Assembly (NCBI RefSeq): GCF_025562715.2
Contig: NZ_JAPFCC010000001.1
Location: 3,243,733-3,267,732 of the forward strand
Direction: 5' to 3'
DNA length: 24,000 nucleotides
DNA from: Endozoicomonas gorgoniicola
Lineage (GTDB): Bacteria > Pseudomonadota > Gammaproteobacteria > Pseudomonadales > Endozoicomonadaceae
The first letter of the stretch is position 1, and every line of letters begins with the position of its first letter. Shown here piece after piece: positions 7,991 through 15,455 of the stretch. The notes under the pieces were generated by a model. The model made no database searches. It worked only from the letters and a program-made list of their open reading frames with translations, and was not told where the DNA came from. The translations under genes were made by a program, and so were the position numbers.

Positions 7991-8019
7991 TTTATAGTCC
8001 CAAAACGGGACTATGACAA
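7991..8019 (-). promoter_or_regulatory. higBA promoter with embedded palindromic operator
   Basis: Minus strand reads TTGTCA (8019-8014), a 17-nt spacer, then TATAAA (7996-7991). The spacer carries an 8-bp perfect inverted repeat ATAGTCCC (7994-8001) / GGGACTAT (8007-8014). The -10 ends 6 nt before the ATG (7984). Confidence 0.6.
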
Positions 8020-8142
8020 CATTTTTCCAATAACTCCTCTCTCGGATAGCAACTTTCCTTCAGTCACTGTGTCAAAAGGACATATTTTCTTGTTCGTTCG
8101 TTCCACTTATAAAGTGGTTTTTACTTATATAAATAAATGAAA

Positions 8143-8170
8143 TTACATATTAATTTTTAATAGCTATAAT
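8143..8170 (+). promoter_or_regulatory. candidate promoter for the HNH gene
   Basis: Perfect TATAAT at 8165-8170 in a very AT-rich tract. The -35 is poor (TTACAT, 8143-8148, 16-nt spacer). Confidence 0.3.
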
Positions 8171-8198
8171 TATTAAATCATCATGGATTGATAATCGG

Positions 8199-9245
8199 TT
8201 GTCATGGACGATCATTGAGGAAACTTTGTCACGCTTTTACGAAATAGAACCCACTCTGGAGAATTATTGGCGCGGAATTATCCTTTTTGGCAAAAATGTT
8301 GCGTCGTATAAATTTGCACTTGCAAAATCACTGCACCAGTTAGCCAGCAGCAATCATCACACTGTTACACTTGAGCAGTTGGCTGTTCCGTTTTCGAGAC
8401 ACATCTGTCAACATCTGGAAACCGCAGAAAAACAAACCACGTCTCGTTCAAGTCGATTTCTCGACGTCTGCACAGCGTTCAATCGGGGAGAAATTGACCA
8501 TGACAAACTGGTAAGCCAAACAGTGAAGTTTGGTTTTGAAAATGTCATAGATGCATTTCATAACGTCAATAGACAAGAAATCGGTATACGTTTTTTTGAA
8601 GATGGCAGAAAAAAAGCAGATAAAAATATTTACTTAACAGATAACTTATTCAAACTGTCAGAAAGTTCTGGATTTAACTGTTTAAACCAAGAAACTGAGG
8701 CACGCTGGAAACTAGTGGAAACAGCATGGCAAATGGGTATATCGAAGAATCTCCTGTCAATTAACCATGACATTGAAAATAATAATCTATTTTCCAGAAT
8801 AAATGACCGACGCATAACTATTACCAGCTCGCGAGATAGCCTGAATGGTTACCAGAAAGGGCGGTGCTTCTACTGTTACGATTCGATTTCAATTGAAACA
8901 GGCCACCCTGAATTGGCTGATGTAGATCATTTTATGCCTTGGATGCTACGTAACGAACTCCCATTAATCAATGGAATATGGAACCTGGTATTAGCATGTA
9001 AAGAGTGTAATAGAGGCGTTGGTGGAAAGTTTGAGCAACTTCCCTCTATAAACCTTCTGGAGAGGTTGCATGACAGAAATGAATACTTCATTAATAGCCA
9101 CTTACCTATCAGGGAAACCTTAATAAAACAAACGGGAAAAAGTGAGCAACAACGCAGGGCATTTCTCCAGGATTGTTACAATAAGGCAAAACCAATGATT
9201 ATCCACACTTGGGAGCCAGAACCAAAGGCTAGTAAACATTTTTGA
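8199..9245 (+). CDS. HNH endonuclease domain protein with an uncharacterised ~215-aa N-terminal region
   Basis: HNH core at aa 221-277 (8859-9029): GRCFYC...DVDHFMPW...NGIWNLVLACKECNRG (CxxC...DH...N...CxxCN). The only plausible start is TTG at 8199, since the frame is closed by TAA at 8151 and has no in-frame ATG until aa 179. The gene is AT-rich. Confidence 0.8.
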   Translation: MSWTIIEETLSRFYEIEPTLENYWRGIILFGKNVASYKFALAKSLHQLASSNHHTVTLEQLAVPFSRHICQHLETAEKQTTSRSSRFLDVCTAFNRGEIDHDKLVSQTVKFGFENVIDAFHNVNRQEIGIRFFEDGRKKADKNIYLTDNLFKLSESSGFNCLNQETEARWKLVETAWQMGISKNLLSINHDIENNNLFSRINDRRITITSSRDSLNGYQKGRCFYCYDSISIETGHPELADVDHFMPWMLRNELPLINGIWNLVLACKECNRGVGGKFEQLPSINLLERLHDRNEYFINSHLPIRETLIKQTGKSEQQRRAFLQDCYNKAKPMIIHTWEPEPKASKHF

Positions 9246-9293
9246 ATTTATATTGAGCAGCTCAGGAAACCCGGAGCTGCTCAATATAAATTC
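9244..9293. terminator. perfect 20-bp-arm hairpin filling the gap between two convergent stop codons
   Basis: GAATTTATATTGAGCAGCTC (9244-9263) and GAGCTGCTCAATATAAATTC (9274-9293) are exact reverse complements with a 10-nt loop. The arms overlap the HNH stop (9243-9245) and touch the methyltransferase stop (9293-9295). Confidence 0.75.
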
Positions 9294-9886
9294 TAATTTT
9301 GACTCAGGCTTGCCTTGTAAAATATGGCATTCATCCATTTTTCTGATTTACGATCAGTTCTTAAATCCCTAGTAATCCATTTTTTATGAATCTTAAGACT
9401 TGTATTAAGAATTATTTTTTGTAAAGTATTTTCATCAACATTTGTAAACTGCCTTCCATCTCTGCTTGTAACTCCACTCCCGTATTTGAAGGAACAGTAA
9501 AAAATGCCTTCAGGCTTAAGAAATGATGCCAAGTGATTAAACACATCTGGAAGGTTAAGGGGCGGAACATGCAGCAAAGAAGCACATGCCCAAATAGCAT
9601 CAAATAAAATATTACTTTGAAAGTTGGAGAACTCAGCTACTGCAACAGTCTGACCTGTATGCTTGCTGGCCAATTCCGCTAAGTCTTTACTGGCATCAAA
9701 TGCTGTAACCTTAAATCCCGATTGAATGAACGCTAATGTATCACGTCCGGATCCACACCCTGCATCAAGTATAAGAGACTGAGGCTTTAAAAGCGGTAAA
9801 AACTCTTCGTATAAATCAGATGCATCAACTTGATAAGTCGATGAAAAAAACTCTTTTGCATTGTTATCGTAATATGGAACAGACAT
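9293..9886 (-). CDS. class I SAM-dependent methyltransferase (small-molecule type)
   Basis: Motif I ILDAGCGSGRDTLAF, then acidic post-I AFDAS, FDAIWACASLLHV and LKPEGIFYCSFKYG. No DNA-methyltransferase catalytic motif (DPPY/NPPY or PCQ-type) was seen. The start was moved to the ATG at 9886 (MSVPYYDNN, AGGTG upstream) instead of the tracked 9931. Confidence 0.85.
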   Translation of the reverse strand: MSVPYYDNNAKEFFSSTYQVDASDLYEEFLPLLKPQSLILDAGCGSGRDTLAFIQSGFKVTAFDASKDLAELASKHTGQTVAVAEFSNFQSNILFDAIWACASLLHVPPLNLPDVFNHLASFLKPEGIFYCSFKYGSGVTSRDGRQFTNVDENTLQKIILNTSLKIHKKWITRDLRTDRKSEKWMNAIFYKASLSQN

Positions 9887-10056
9887 AGAAATAGGCACCT
9901 GATGGCTAATGAAAATGTCTATTTTACACAATTAAGTGCTTTTCTCATTCAGACTCTTTCCAAAAAATAGATTATCCAATCTGCATTCACCATACATTGG
10001 ATATTATCCAGCAGTTTACAGTGCTAAATGTGCCACCTTGACAACCGCAAACATCT

Positions 10057-10677
10057 TCAACCAGGCTTCTGCCCATAATCAACCAGAGCGTTATACAGGT
10101 TGACAAGCTCCATCTGTTTGACACTGTTGACGTTAAGATTACCCAGCTCCGGGTTTCCGACAACGACAGCCAGTGATTGCGCCCGGCTTATCGCTACATT
10201 GATGCGGTTTCTGTTAAACAGAAAATCCATGCCCCTTTTGGATTCACTGGCGTCGCTGGCGCACATGCTTAAAAAGACGACAGGCGCTTCCGGTCCCTGA
10301 AACTTGTCGATACTGCCCACTCTGGCTGCTTTTCCGAGAGCATCACTCAGCTTTCGAACCTGATGGTTGTAGGGTGCGACAAGCAGCATATCGTCCCAGC
10401 CGATGGGTCTCTCATCACCATTTTCATCCACAAAAGTTCTGCCAATCAGGGAGTGTGCCAGTAATTTAATCTCTGCCACTTCGTCCTCTGAAGCTTGCGT
10501 ATTGCCTTCATGATCCACCGGAACAAATACAATACCCGCTTCCCGATCCAGAAATCCGGAGCCAGTATCAGGCACTCTAATCACTCGTCGATCATTATCA
10601 GGGTTGTGCCGGAGTTTGCCCTCATAAATGAATTGACTGATAAATTCGTTGCAGCACAGCCAATATTGATTTTTTGA
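10057..10677 (-). pseudogene. 3' remnant of a superfamily-1 (Upf1/DNA2-like, AAA_12) helicase gene
   Basis: The frame is open from just after the stop at 10678-10680. The translation …CCNEFISQFIYEGKLRHNPD…LLVAPYNHQV…IDKFQGPEAPVVFLSMCAS…NRINVAISRAQSLAVVV corresponds to helicase motifs from about IV onward only. There is no Walker A/B-bearing N-terminal part and no ATG start (the tracked start is GTG). Confidence 0.8.
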
Positions 10678-10708
10678 TTATTCATTCATCAACCCAATAG
10701 TAAAGTGT

Positions 10709-10948
10709 TCAAAACTCTACTGAATTTTGCAACTCAGTATACAGCTCTATAAGCAACTCAATGGCTTTATGATGACCTTTTATGCCCTTAAAGTGCTTAT
10801 GATGTCTGGCAAAAGTAGGAATATGGGAAGCTGCTTTAAAGCCCGAGAAAGGCTCAGTGATTTCTACCATGATATCGTATGGTTTGCAGTAGGTGACTTT
10901 TCCCTGAACAAGGGTTTCATCAATATAGAAGGAAAGTATCTGAGGCAT
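10709..10948 (-). CDS. small hypothetical protein (79 aa)
   Basis: AGGAG lies 7 nt upstream of the ATG, with a good promoter upstream. I recognise no family. Confidence 0.55.
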   Translation of the reverse strand: MPQILSFYIDETLVQGKVTYCKPYDIMVEITEPFSGFKAASHIPTFARHHKHFKGIKGHHKAIELLIELYTELQNSVEF

Positions 10949-11017
10949 GATTCGATCTCCTGTTTAGCGATATTTGTTAAGCGCCTGCAAGTGGGAATAA
11001 ATGAGCGCTACACATTT

Positions 11018-11045
11018 ATTTTAGAAGCCCCGAACTGAGTGTCAA
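11018..11045 (-). promoter_or_regulatory. candidate sigma70 promoter for the 79-aa ORF, with an overlapping inverted repeat
   Basis: Minus strand reads TTGACA (11045-11040), a 16-nt spacer, then TAAAAT (11023-11018). An 8-bp inverted repeat AATAAATG (10996-11003) / CATTTATT (11013-11020) overlaps the -10 and +1 region. Confidence 0.5.
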
Positions 11046-11113
11046 ATCTATCCGCTCTATCCTGATAGCAAGGGTTGTAAAGGATTGCGATGATGACGAG
11101 CATGCAAATATTA

Positions 11114-12397
11114 CTACTTGGCACCCACCGTCATAATATCACTCCACCTCGTCGTGTATTTTGGACTCAACGATTGCTGGCTCATGCACCAGCCTGCGGG
11201 CTGAAAACCAATGGATGCCGGTTTCAGCGTCTGTTGCCCAAATCGTTGATTAACCGCATCCAGTACCTTCATTATTTCACTGGCTTCAGGCAGGCTGTTC
11301 ATACTCAGCAAGTCACCCTGAAAACTCTGGCTGCCGCACAGGTCAAGCAACATAAAGCCTGCTTTTTTGTACACGTAGCCTTGCTGATAGAGTGCGTCTA
11401 ATGCAGGAGTAATCTGCTGTAACCAGAGACGAGTGTCATTGGTTCGGCTGGGTGCTACTAAACGAATGCTTTGGCAATATTGAGGCGCTTCTTTAAAGGG
11501 ATCGGTACGAATAAAGACAACGGCTTCACGGGCAAACTTCTGTTGTGAGCGCAGCTTTTCACAGGCTCGGGTGGCAAAGCTGGACAGTGCGGAATGTAAA
11601 TCGCTTTTTTCTGTGACCCTGCCACCAAAACTGCGGGAGCAGATAATCTGATGTTTATTGCCAGTGTTTTCGTCTTCTCTGGGAATACAGCTTTCCCCCT
11701 GAAGCTCACAGACAGTGCGTTCCAGTACCACAGAATAATGTTTTTTAATCCAGCTTCGTTGGCATTTGACCAGGTCTGCCGCTGTGTGAATGCCTTGCCG
11801 TTGCAGGCGCTGGCTGATTTTTCGCCCTACACCCCAGACTTCGCCTACCGGCGTGATCGCCATTAAACGTTGCTGTCGTTTGGAGTCCGTTAAGTCCACC
11901 ACACCACCGGTAGCTCGATATTTTTTCGCGGCATAGTTGGCGAGTTTGGCGAGGGTTTTGGTGGTGGAAATGCCGACGCCGATGGGCAGTCCTGTCCACT
12001 GCTGTACCCGCTGTTTTATCTGTTGCCCCATCATCAATAGCTGTTCTTTCGGGAAGCCCGCCAAGTCCACAAACGCCTCATCGATGGAATACACCTCTAC
12101 GTCCGGGCTGAACTGCTCCAGCACCCACATAAAGCGGGAAGACATATCACCATAAAGGGTGTAGTTGGAGCTTTTCAGAACAATGGCACCCTGTTCAACC
12201 AGATGCCTGACCTTAAAGGCAGGCGTTCCCATCTTCACGCCCAATGCTTTGAGTTCAGGGGTTCGGGCGACAATGCAACCATCATTATTACTGAGTACAC
12301 CTAAAGGGATATTCAACAGAGTCGGATCAAACACACGTTCACAAGAACAATAAAACGAATTGGCATCACAGAGTGCGATGACCTTGTCGCTGCCCAT
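11114..12397 (-). CDS. umuC: DNA polymerase V catalytic subunit UmuC (Y-family)
   Basis: The N-terminus IALCDANSFYCSCERVFDP, SIDEAFVDL, and the little-finger region are typical of UmuC. The start overlaps the umuD stop by 1 nt (TAATG). Confidence 0.93.
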   Translation of the reverse strand: MGSDKVIALCDANSFYCSCERVFDPTLLNIPLGVLSNNDGCIVARTPELKALGVKMGTPAFKVRHLVEQGAIVLKSSNYTLYGDMSSRFMWVLEQFSPDVEVYSIDEAFVDLAGFPKEQLLMMGQQIKQRVQQWTGLPIGVGISTTKTLAKLANYAAKKYRATGGVVDLTDSKRQQRLMAITPVGEVWGVGRKISQRLQRQGIHTAADLVKCQRSWIKKHYSVVLERTVCELQGESCIPREDENTGNKHQIICSRSFGGRVTEKSDLHSALSSFATRACEKLRSQQKFAREAVVFIRTDPFKEAPQYCQSIRLVAPSRTNDTRLWLQQITPALDALYQQGYVYKKAGFMLLDLCGSQSFQGDLLSMNSLPEASEIMKVLDAVNQRFGQQTLKPASIGFQPAGWCMSQQSLSPKYTTRWSDIMTVGAK

Positions 12398-12828
12398 TAC
12401 GACCGCAACTCATGAATAACCTGTGTAACCACGCCCCATACATCGAGCTCCTGTTCTGCCGTTAATCGTACCGGGGGATAATCGGGGTGTTCCGAATGCA
12501 GTTCGGCTTTCTTATTGTTCAGCTTCAGACGTTTAACCAGCAGTTCGCCGTCCAGCAAGGCGATGACAATATCTCCGGAACGGGCGGTCAGGGAACGATC
12601 AATTATCAGCAGGTCGCCGTCATGAATGCCCGCACCTATCATCGAATTACCCTGAGCCCGGGCAAAAAAGGTTGCGGCCGGATGCTGAACCAGAAGCTGG
12701 TCAAGGGATAGCCGGTCTTCCAGATAATCCGCCGCAGGGCTGGGAAAACCACAGGCAACAGGGCTTTGGTAAAAGGGAAAGGATGTTTTCCCAGACGGGG
12801 GTTGCAATAGTTTTGGTGTTATAATCAT
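12397..12828 (-). CDS. umuD: DNA polymerase V accessory subunit UmuD (LexA-like self-cleaving)
   Basis: Cleavage-site context VACGFPSPAADY, catalytic Ser in GNSMIGAGI, and Lys in LLVKRL. At 143 aa it matches remembered UmuD. Confidence 0.93.
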   Translation of the reverse strand: MIITPKLLQPPSGKTSFPFYQSPVACGFPSPAADYLEDRLSLDQLLVQHPAATFFARAQGNSMIGAGIHDGDLLIIDRSLTARSGDIVIALLDGELLVKRLKLNNKKAELHSEHPDYPPVRLTAEQELDVWGVVTQVIHELRS

Positions 12829-12831
12829 GCT

Positions 12832-12891
12832 TTTATCGTATACTGTACATAGATACAGTATACGATAAATTCACAACCCTGTTGCTGTCAA
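12832..12891 (-). promoter_or_regulatory. LexA (SOS) box within an extended palindrome, plus candidate umuDC promoter
   Basis: TACTGTACATAGATACAGTA (12841-12860) matches CTGT-N8-ACAG. It is embedded in 15-bp perfect arms TTTATCGTATACTGT / ACAGTATACGATAAA (12832-12846 / 12855-12869). TTGACA is on the minus strand at 12891-12886, with a weak -10 (TTATCG) 17 nt downstream. Confidence 0.85.
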
Positions 12892-13040
12892 CTCGCTCCC
12901 GATCTGTTTATGAACACCAGCAGCCACCCCTTCATTCAAAGGCAAGCCTGGTTCCGGTTTTACTCAGGAACTACTGAAAAAGTTGAAATTACCAGATCAG
13001 AGTGTTTCTAGCCTGCCCTCCCGGGTCTGAACTAATACCA

Positions 13041-13068
13041 GGTGCACCAACTTCTGGGTGCATTTTTT
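13041..13068. terminator. hairpin plus T6, canonical on the + strand, abutting the 3' end of the activase gene on the - strand
   Basis: Stem TGCACC (13043-13048) / GGTGCA (13057-13062), 8-nt loop, then TTTTTT (13063-13068). The activase stop codon is at 13070-13072. Confidence 0.55.
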
Positions 13069-13069
13069 A

Positions 13070-13936
13070 TCACCTATTTATTGACTGAAGATACAGTGCT
13101 TTCTTTTCCTCAGATAGTGACAGCCAGTCAATAGCTTCACCTTTTACCGCTTTATTACTGAATGCATTTACCTTGATATTAATGTTTGTATTGAGTGATG
13201 ACAGATAATCTTTTACTGCCATCTTCTCCTCAGCTGTATCATTAATGTTTGGTATTATCAGCAATCTGACCTCTATCAACTTACTCACTGAAGCCAGATA
13301 TTCAATCGTCTGAAAAACCCTGAAGTTATCTCTTCCCGTCAGCCATTTATGTAGGTCAGCATCCATCGCTTTAAGGTCGATCATAGCGCCATCCATTACA
13401 GGCAGTACAGACTTCCAGGCCGATAGCGGCAAGTAGCCATTACTATCGATCAAACAGGTTAAATGATTTAAAGCTGAGTCATTTTTAACAGCGGTAAAGA
13501 AAGCTTTCACAAACTTCAACTGAACCGTCGCTTCACCGCCTGAAAGGGTAATGCCATCAATAAAAGGCGACGCCACTCTAATCTGCTGTAGCAACTCCTC
13601 AACCGTTTTCTCTTCAACCATTGGGGAGCTGTTAACCGGACAAATATCAAGGCACTGATCACAACTTTCACACTGCCTGCTATTCCAACTAATTTTACCG
13701 TCATTTAAACTCAGTGCTTCCGAAGGGCACTGCTCAACACAATCACCACAGTGATTGCAGAAATTGATGGTTTGAGGGTTGTGGCAGTTTTTGCAGTTAA
13801 AATTGCAACCCTGCAGGAAGATTACAAACCTGTTTCCCGGCCCGTCAACACAGGAAAATGGTATCACCTTGCTGATCAGGCCGGAAACAGTCGTTCTGCC
13901 ATTACTCACCCATGGCAACCCAAGGCTGAAACTCAT
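13070..13936 (-). CDS. glycyl-radical enzyme activating protein (radical SAM, YjjW-like)
   Basis: KVIPFSCVDGPGNRFVIFLQGCNFNCKNCHNP (CxxxCxxC) closely matches remembered E. coli YjjW. There are two ferredoxin-type clusters, CNHCGDCVEQCP and CESCDQCLDICP, and the SAM motif LSGGEAT. Start options are the ATG at 13936 (chosen), GTG at 13909, or the tracked 13996. The gene overlaps the upstream gene's 3' end. Confidence 0.88.
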   Translation of the reverse strand: MSFSLGLPWVSNGRTTVSGLISKVIPFSCVDGPGNRFVIFLQGCNFNCKNCHNPQTINFCNHCGDCVEQCPSEALSLNDGKISWNSRQCESCDQCLDICPVNSSPMVEEKTVEELLQQIRVASPFIDGITLSGGEATVQLKFVKAFFTAVKNDSALNHLTCLIDSNGYLPLSAWKSVLPVMDGAMIDLKAMDADLHKWLTGRDNFRVFQTIEYLASVSKLIEVRLLIIPNINDTAEEKMAVKDYLSSLNTNINIKVNAFSNKAVKGEAIDWLSLSEEKKALYLQSINR

Positions 13937-15455
13937 TACTGATAACCCGTGATTTTCTGTCAAGAATGCCACAGTTCTCTGCAGCCTCAGCACCAAATAC
14001 AGTACTGTTTATTCTGGACCCTTCTTCTTTGTGCTTTTTAATATCGGAACGACGAACCATATAACCTGTGACACGAACCAAGTCATTATTCGCGACATTA
14101 ACCGTAAACATTCTCAAACCCTGCGCAATAGCACCTTTACAGATAGTAGCTAATGCCTGAGGATTATTCTTAATGGTTTCATCAATAGGGAAAATATCAC
14201 TGACACCTGCCGTAAAGTGACGATGATGAGGTATAACCGTAAGAATATGTTCAAGAGTACTTGGCTCAACACCATAAGGAATACGACAGCCCGCGCTTGT
14301 TGCTGCATCAATACTTATGCCGCTCTGGGAATGAAACAGCGCCCTGCTATGCCAGCAGTTTTCCAACTTTGTACTCTCAACAATAGCGGCTAGTTTTTCA
14401 GTAATTCTGATCGCGAATTCTTTCGCTTCAATGGTATGCCCATACCCTTTTTCAGCTTCCACTCCCAGCAAGTGGTTAACGGCTTCAGCCATTCCAAAGA
14501 CACCGAACATTGCTGTGAACCGGTTTGGATCAATGAATCTTTCCCGAACCAGAAAACTCTCTTTATAAAATCCTGAATCATTAACCAGATAGTTCACTCT
14601 AGCCTGAATGATTTCATACATTTTCTCACTGATTTCAGGAATTACACGCTCAAGAAAGTCTTGTTCACTGCCTTCAGATTGTTGCGCCGCTTTCAGCAGG
14701 TTCATACGAACCAACGTATGCGCCCCACCCGCCAATGGCAGGCAGTTATAGCAGCTGGCGATACCATAGCCTTGGTAATCCCCAAGCGCTTTAAAATCAG
14801 CAACATTTAAAGCTTCATTAGCGATGTGTGGTTTGTTTGTTTTTGAGATATTTTCAATAGCCTGATTCAGCAAACCGTCAGAGGTGATTTCAGGGTCATA
14901 TCGCAATGTCAGGTTCGGTACAACCTGCTCTAACTCACCGTCAACACTGAGAATGGCTCTGGCTACCCGGTTATCTTCAGGACCTATATTTGCGTGGAGA
15001 AAAGCATCCGGCAGGGTTCGGTCAATCATCTGCCACATCAACTTAATTTTCTTTTTCAACTGGTCATCACTGATACCATCATTGACAAACGGCATTAGTA
15101 ACTTATCAAGCCGCCCAACAAATACCGGCATACCGGTTACCGAAGGAACATGATTGAAGAGAATCAGTAGAAAGTTAATCGCTTCATCAAGATCTTCCGG
15201 AGCTTCCAGCTCCAGATAGTCAGACCCCTTCTTTAACGCTTTTTCATAGTCTGGCATCACGTATCTGGGCTTGAAAGGAGCATTCCCCTCAAACATATCG
15301 CATACCACGCCAGAATCTAGAAGTTCTTGCGCCCCCTCCGACCACCTTGGGCAATCCAGCATGGATTCAGCCTGCAATGATAAATAGCGAGCTTTCTGTT
15401 GAGTGTTTAATCTCGAATCATTAACGATTTGGCGCAGGGCTTGCTGATAACTCAC
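13902..15455 (-). CDS. YjjI-like (DUF3029) putative glycyl-radical enzyme
   Basis: C-terminal glycyl-radical fingerprint DLVRVTGYMVRR (Gly codon 14064-14066). The gene pairs with a YjjW-like activase immediately downstream. The tracked start is TTG at 15479. GTG at 15455 is preceded by GGAGG at 6-nt spacing and gives 517 aa, close to my recollection of E. coli YjjI. Confidence 0.85.
   Translation of the reverse strand: MSYQQALRQIVNDSRLNTQQKARYLSLQAESMLDCPRWSEGAQELLDSGVVCDMFEGNAPFKPRYVMPDYEKALKKGSDYLELEAPEDLDEAINFLLILFNHVPSVTGMPVFVGRLDKLLMPFVNDGISDDQLKKKIKLMWQMIDRTLPDAFLHANIGPEDNRVARAILSVDGELEQVVPNLTLRYDPEITSDGLLNQAIENISKTNKPHIANEALNVADFKALGDYQGYGIASCYNCLPLAGGAHTLVRMNLLKAAQQSEGSEQDFLERVIPEISEKMYEIIQARVNYLVNDSGFYKESFLVRERFIDPNRFTAMFGVFGMAEAVNHLLGVEAEKGYGHTIEAKEFAIRITEKLAAIVESTKLENCWHSRALFHSQSGISIDAATSAGCRIPYGVEPSTLEHILTVIPHHRHFTAGVSDIFPIDETIKNNPQALATICKGAIAQGLRMFTVNVANNDLVRVTGYMVRRSDIKKHKEEGSRINSTVFGAEAAENCGILDRKSRVISNEFQPWVAMGE

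Noticed and set aside
8199-9886. HNH nuclease plus adjacent methyltransferase as a restriction-modification pair.
   Set aside because: The methyltransferase has only the generic class I SAM fold motifs of small-molecule or protein methyltransferases. It lacks any DNA N6/N4-adenine/cytosine (D/N-PP-Y/F) or C5 (PCQ, ENV) catalytic motif. The genes are convergent and separated by a strong hairpin, so co-regulation is unlikely.
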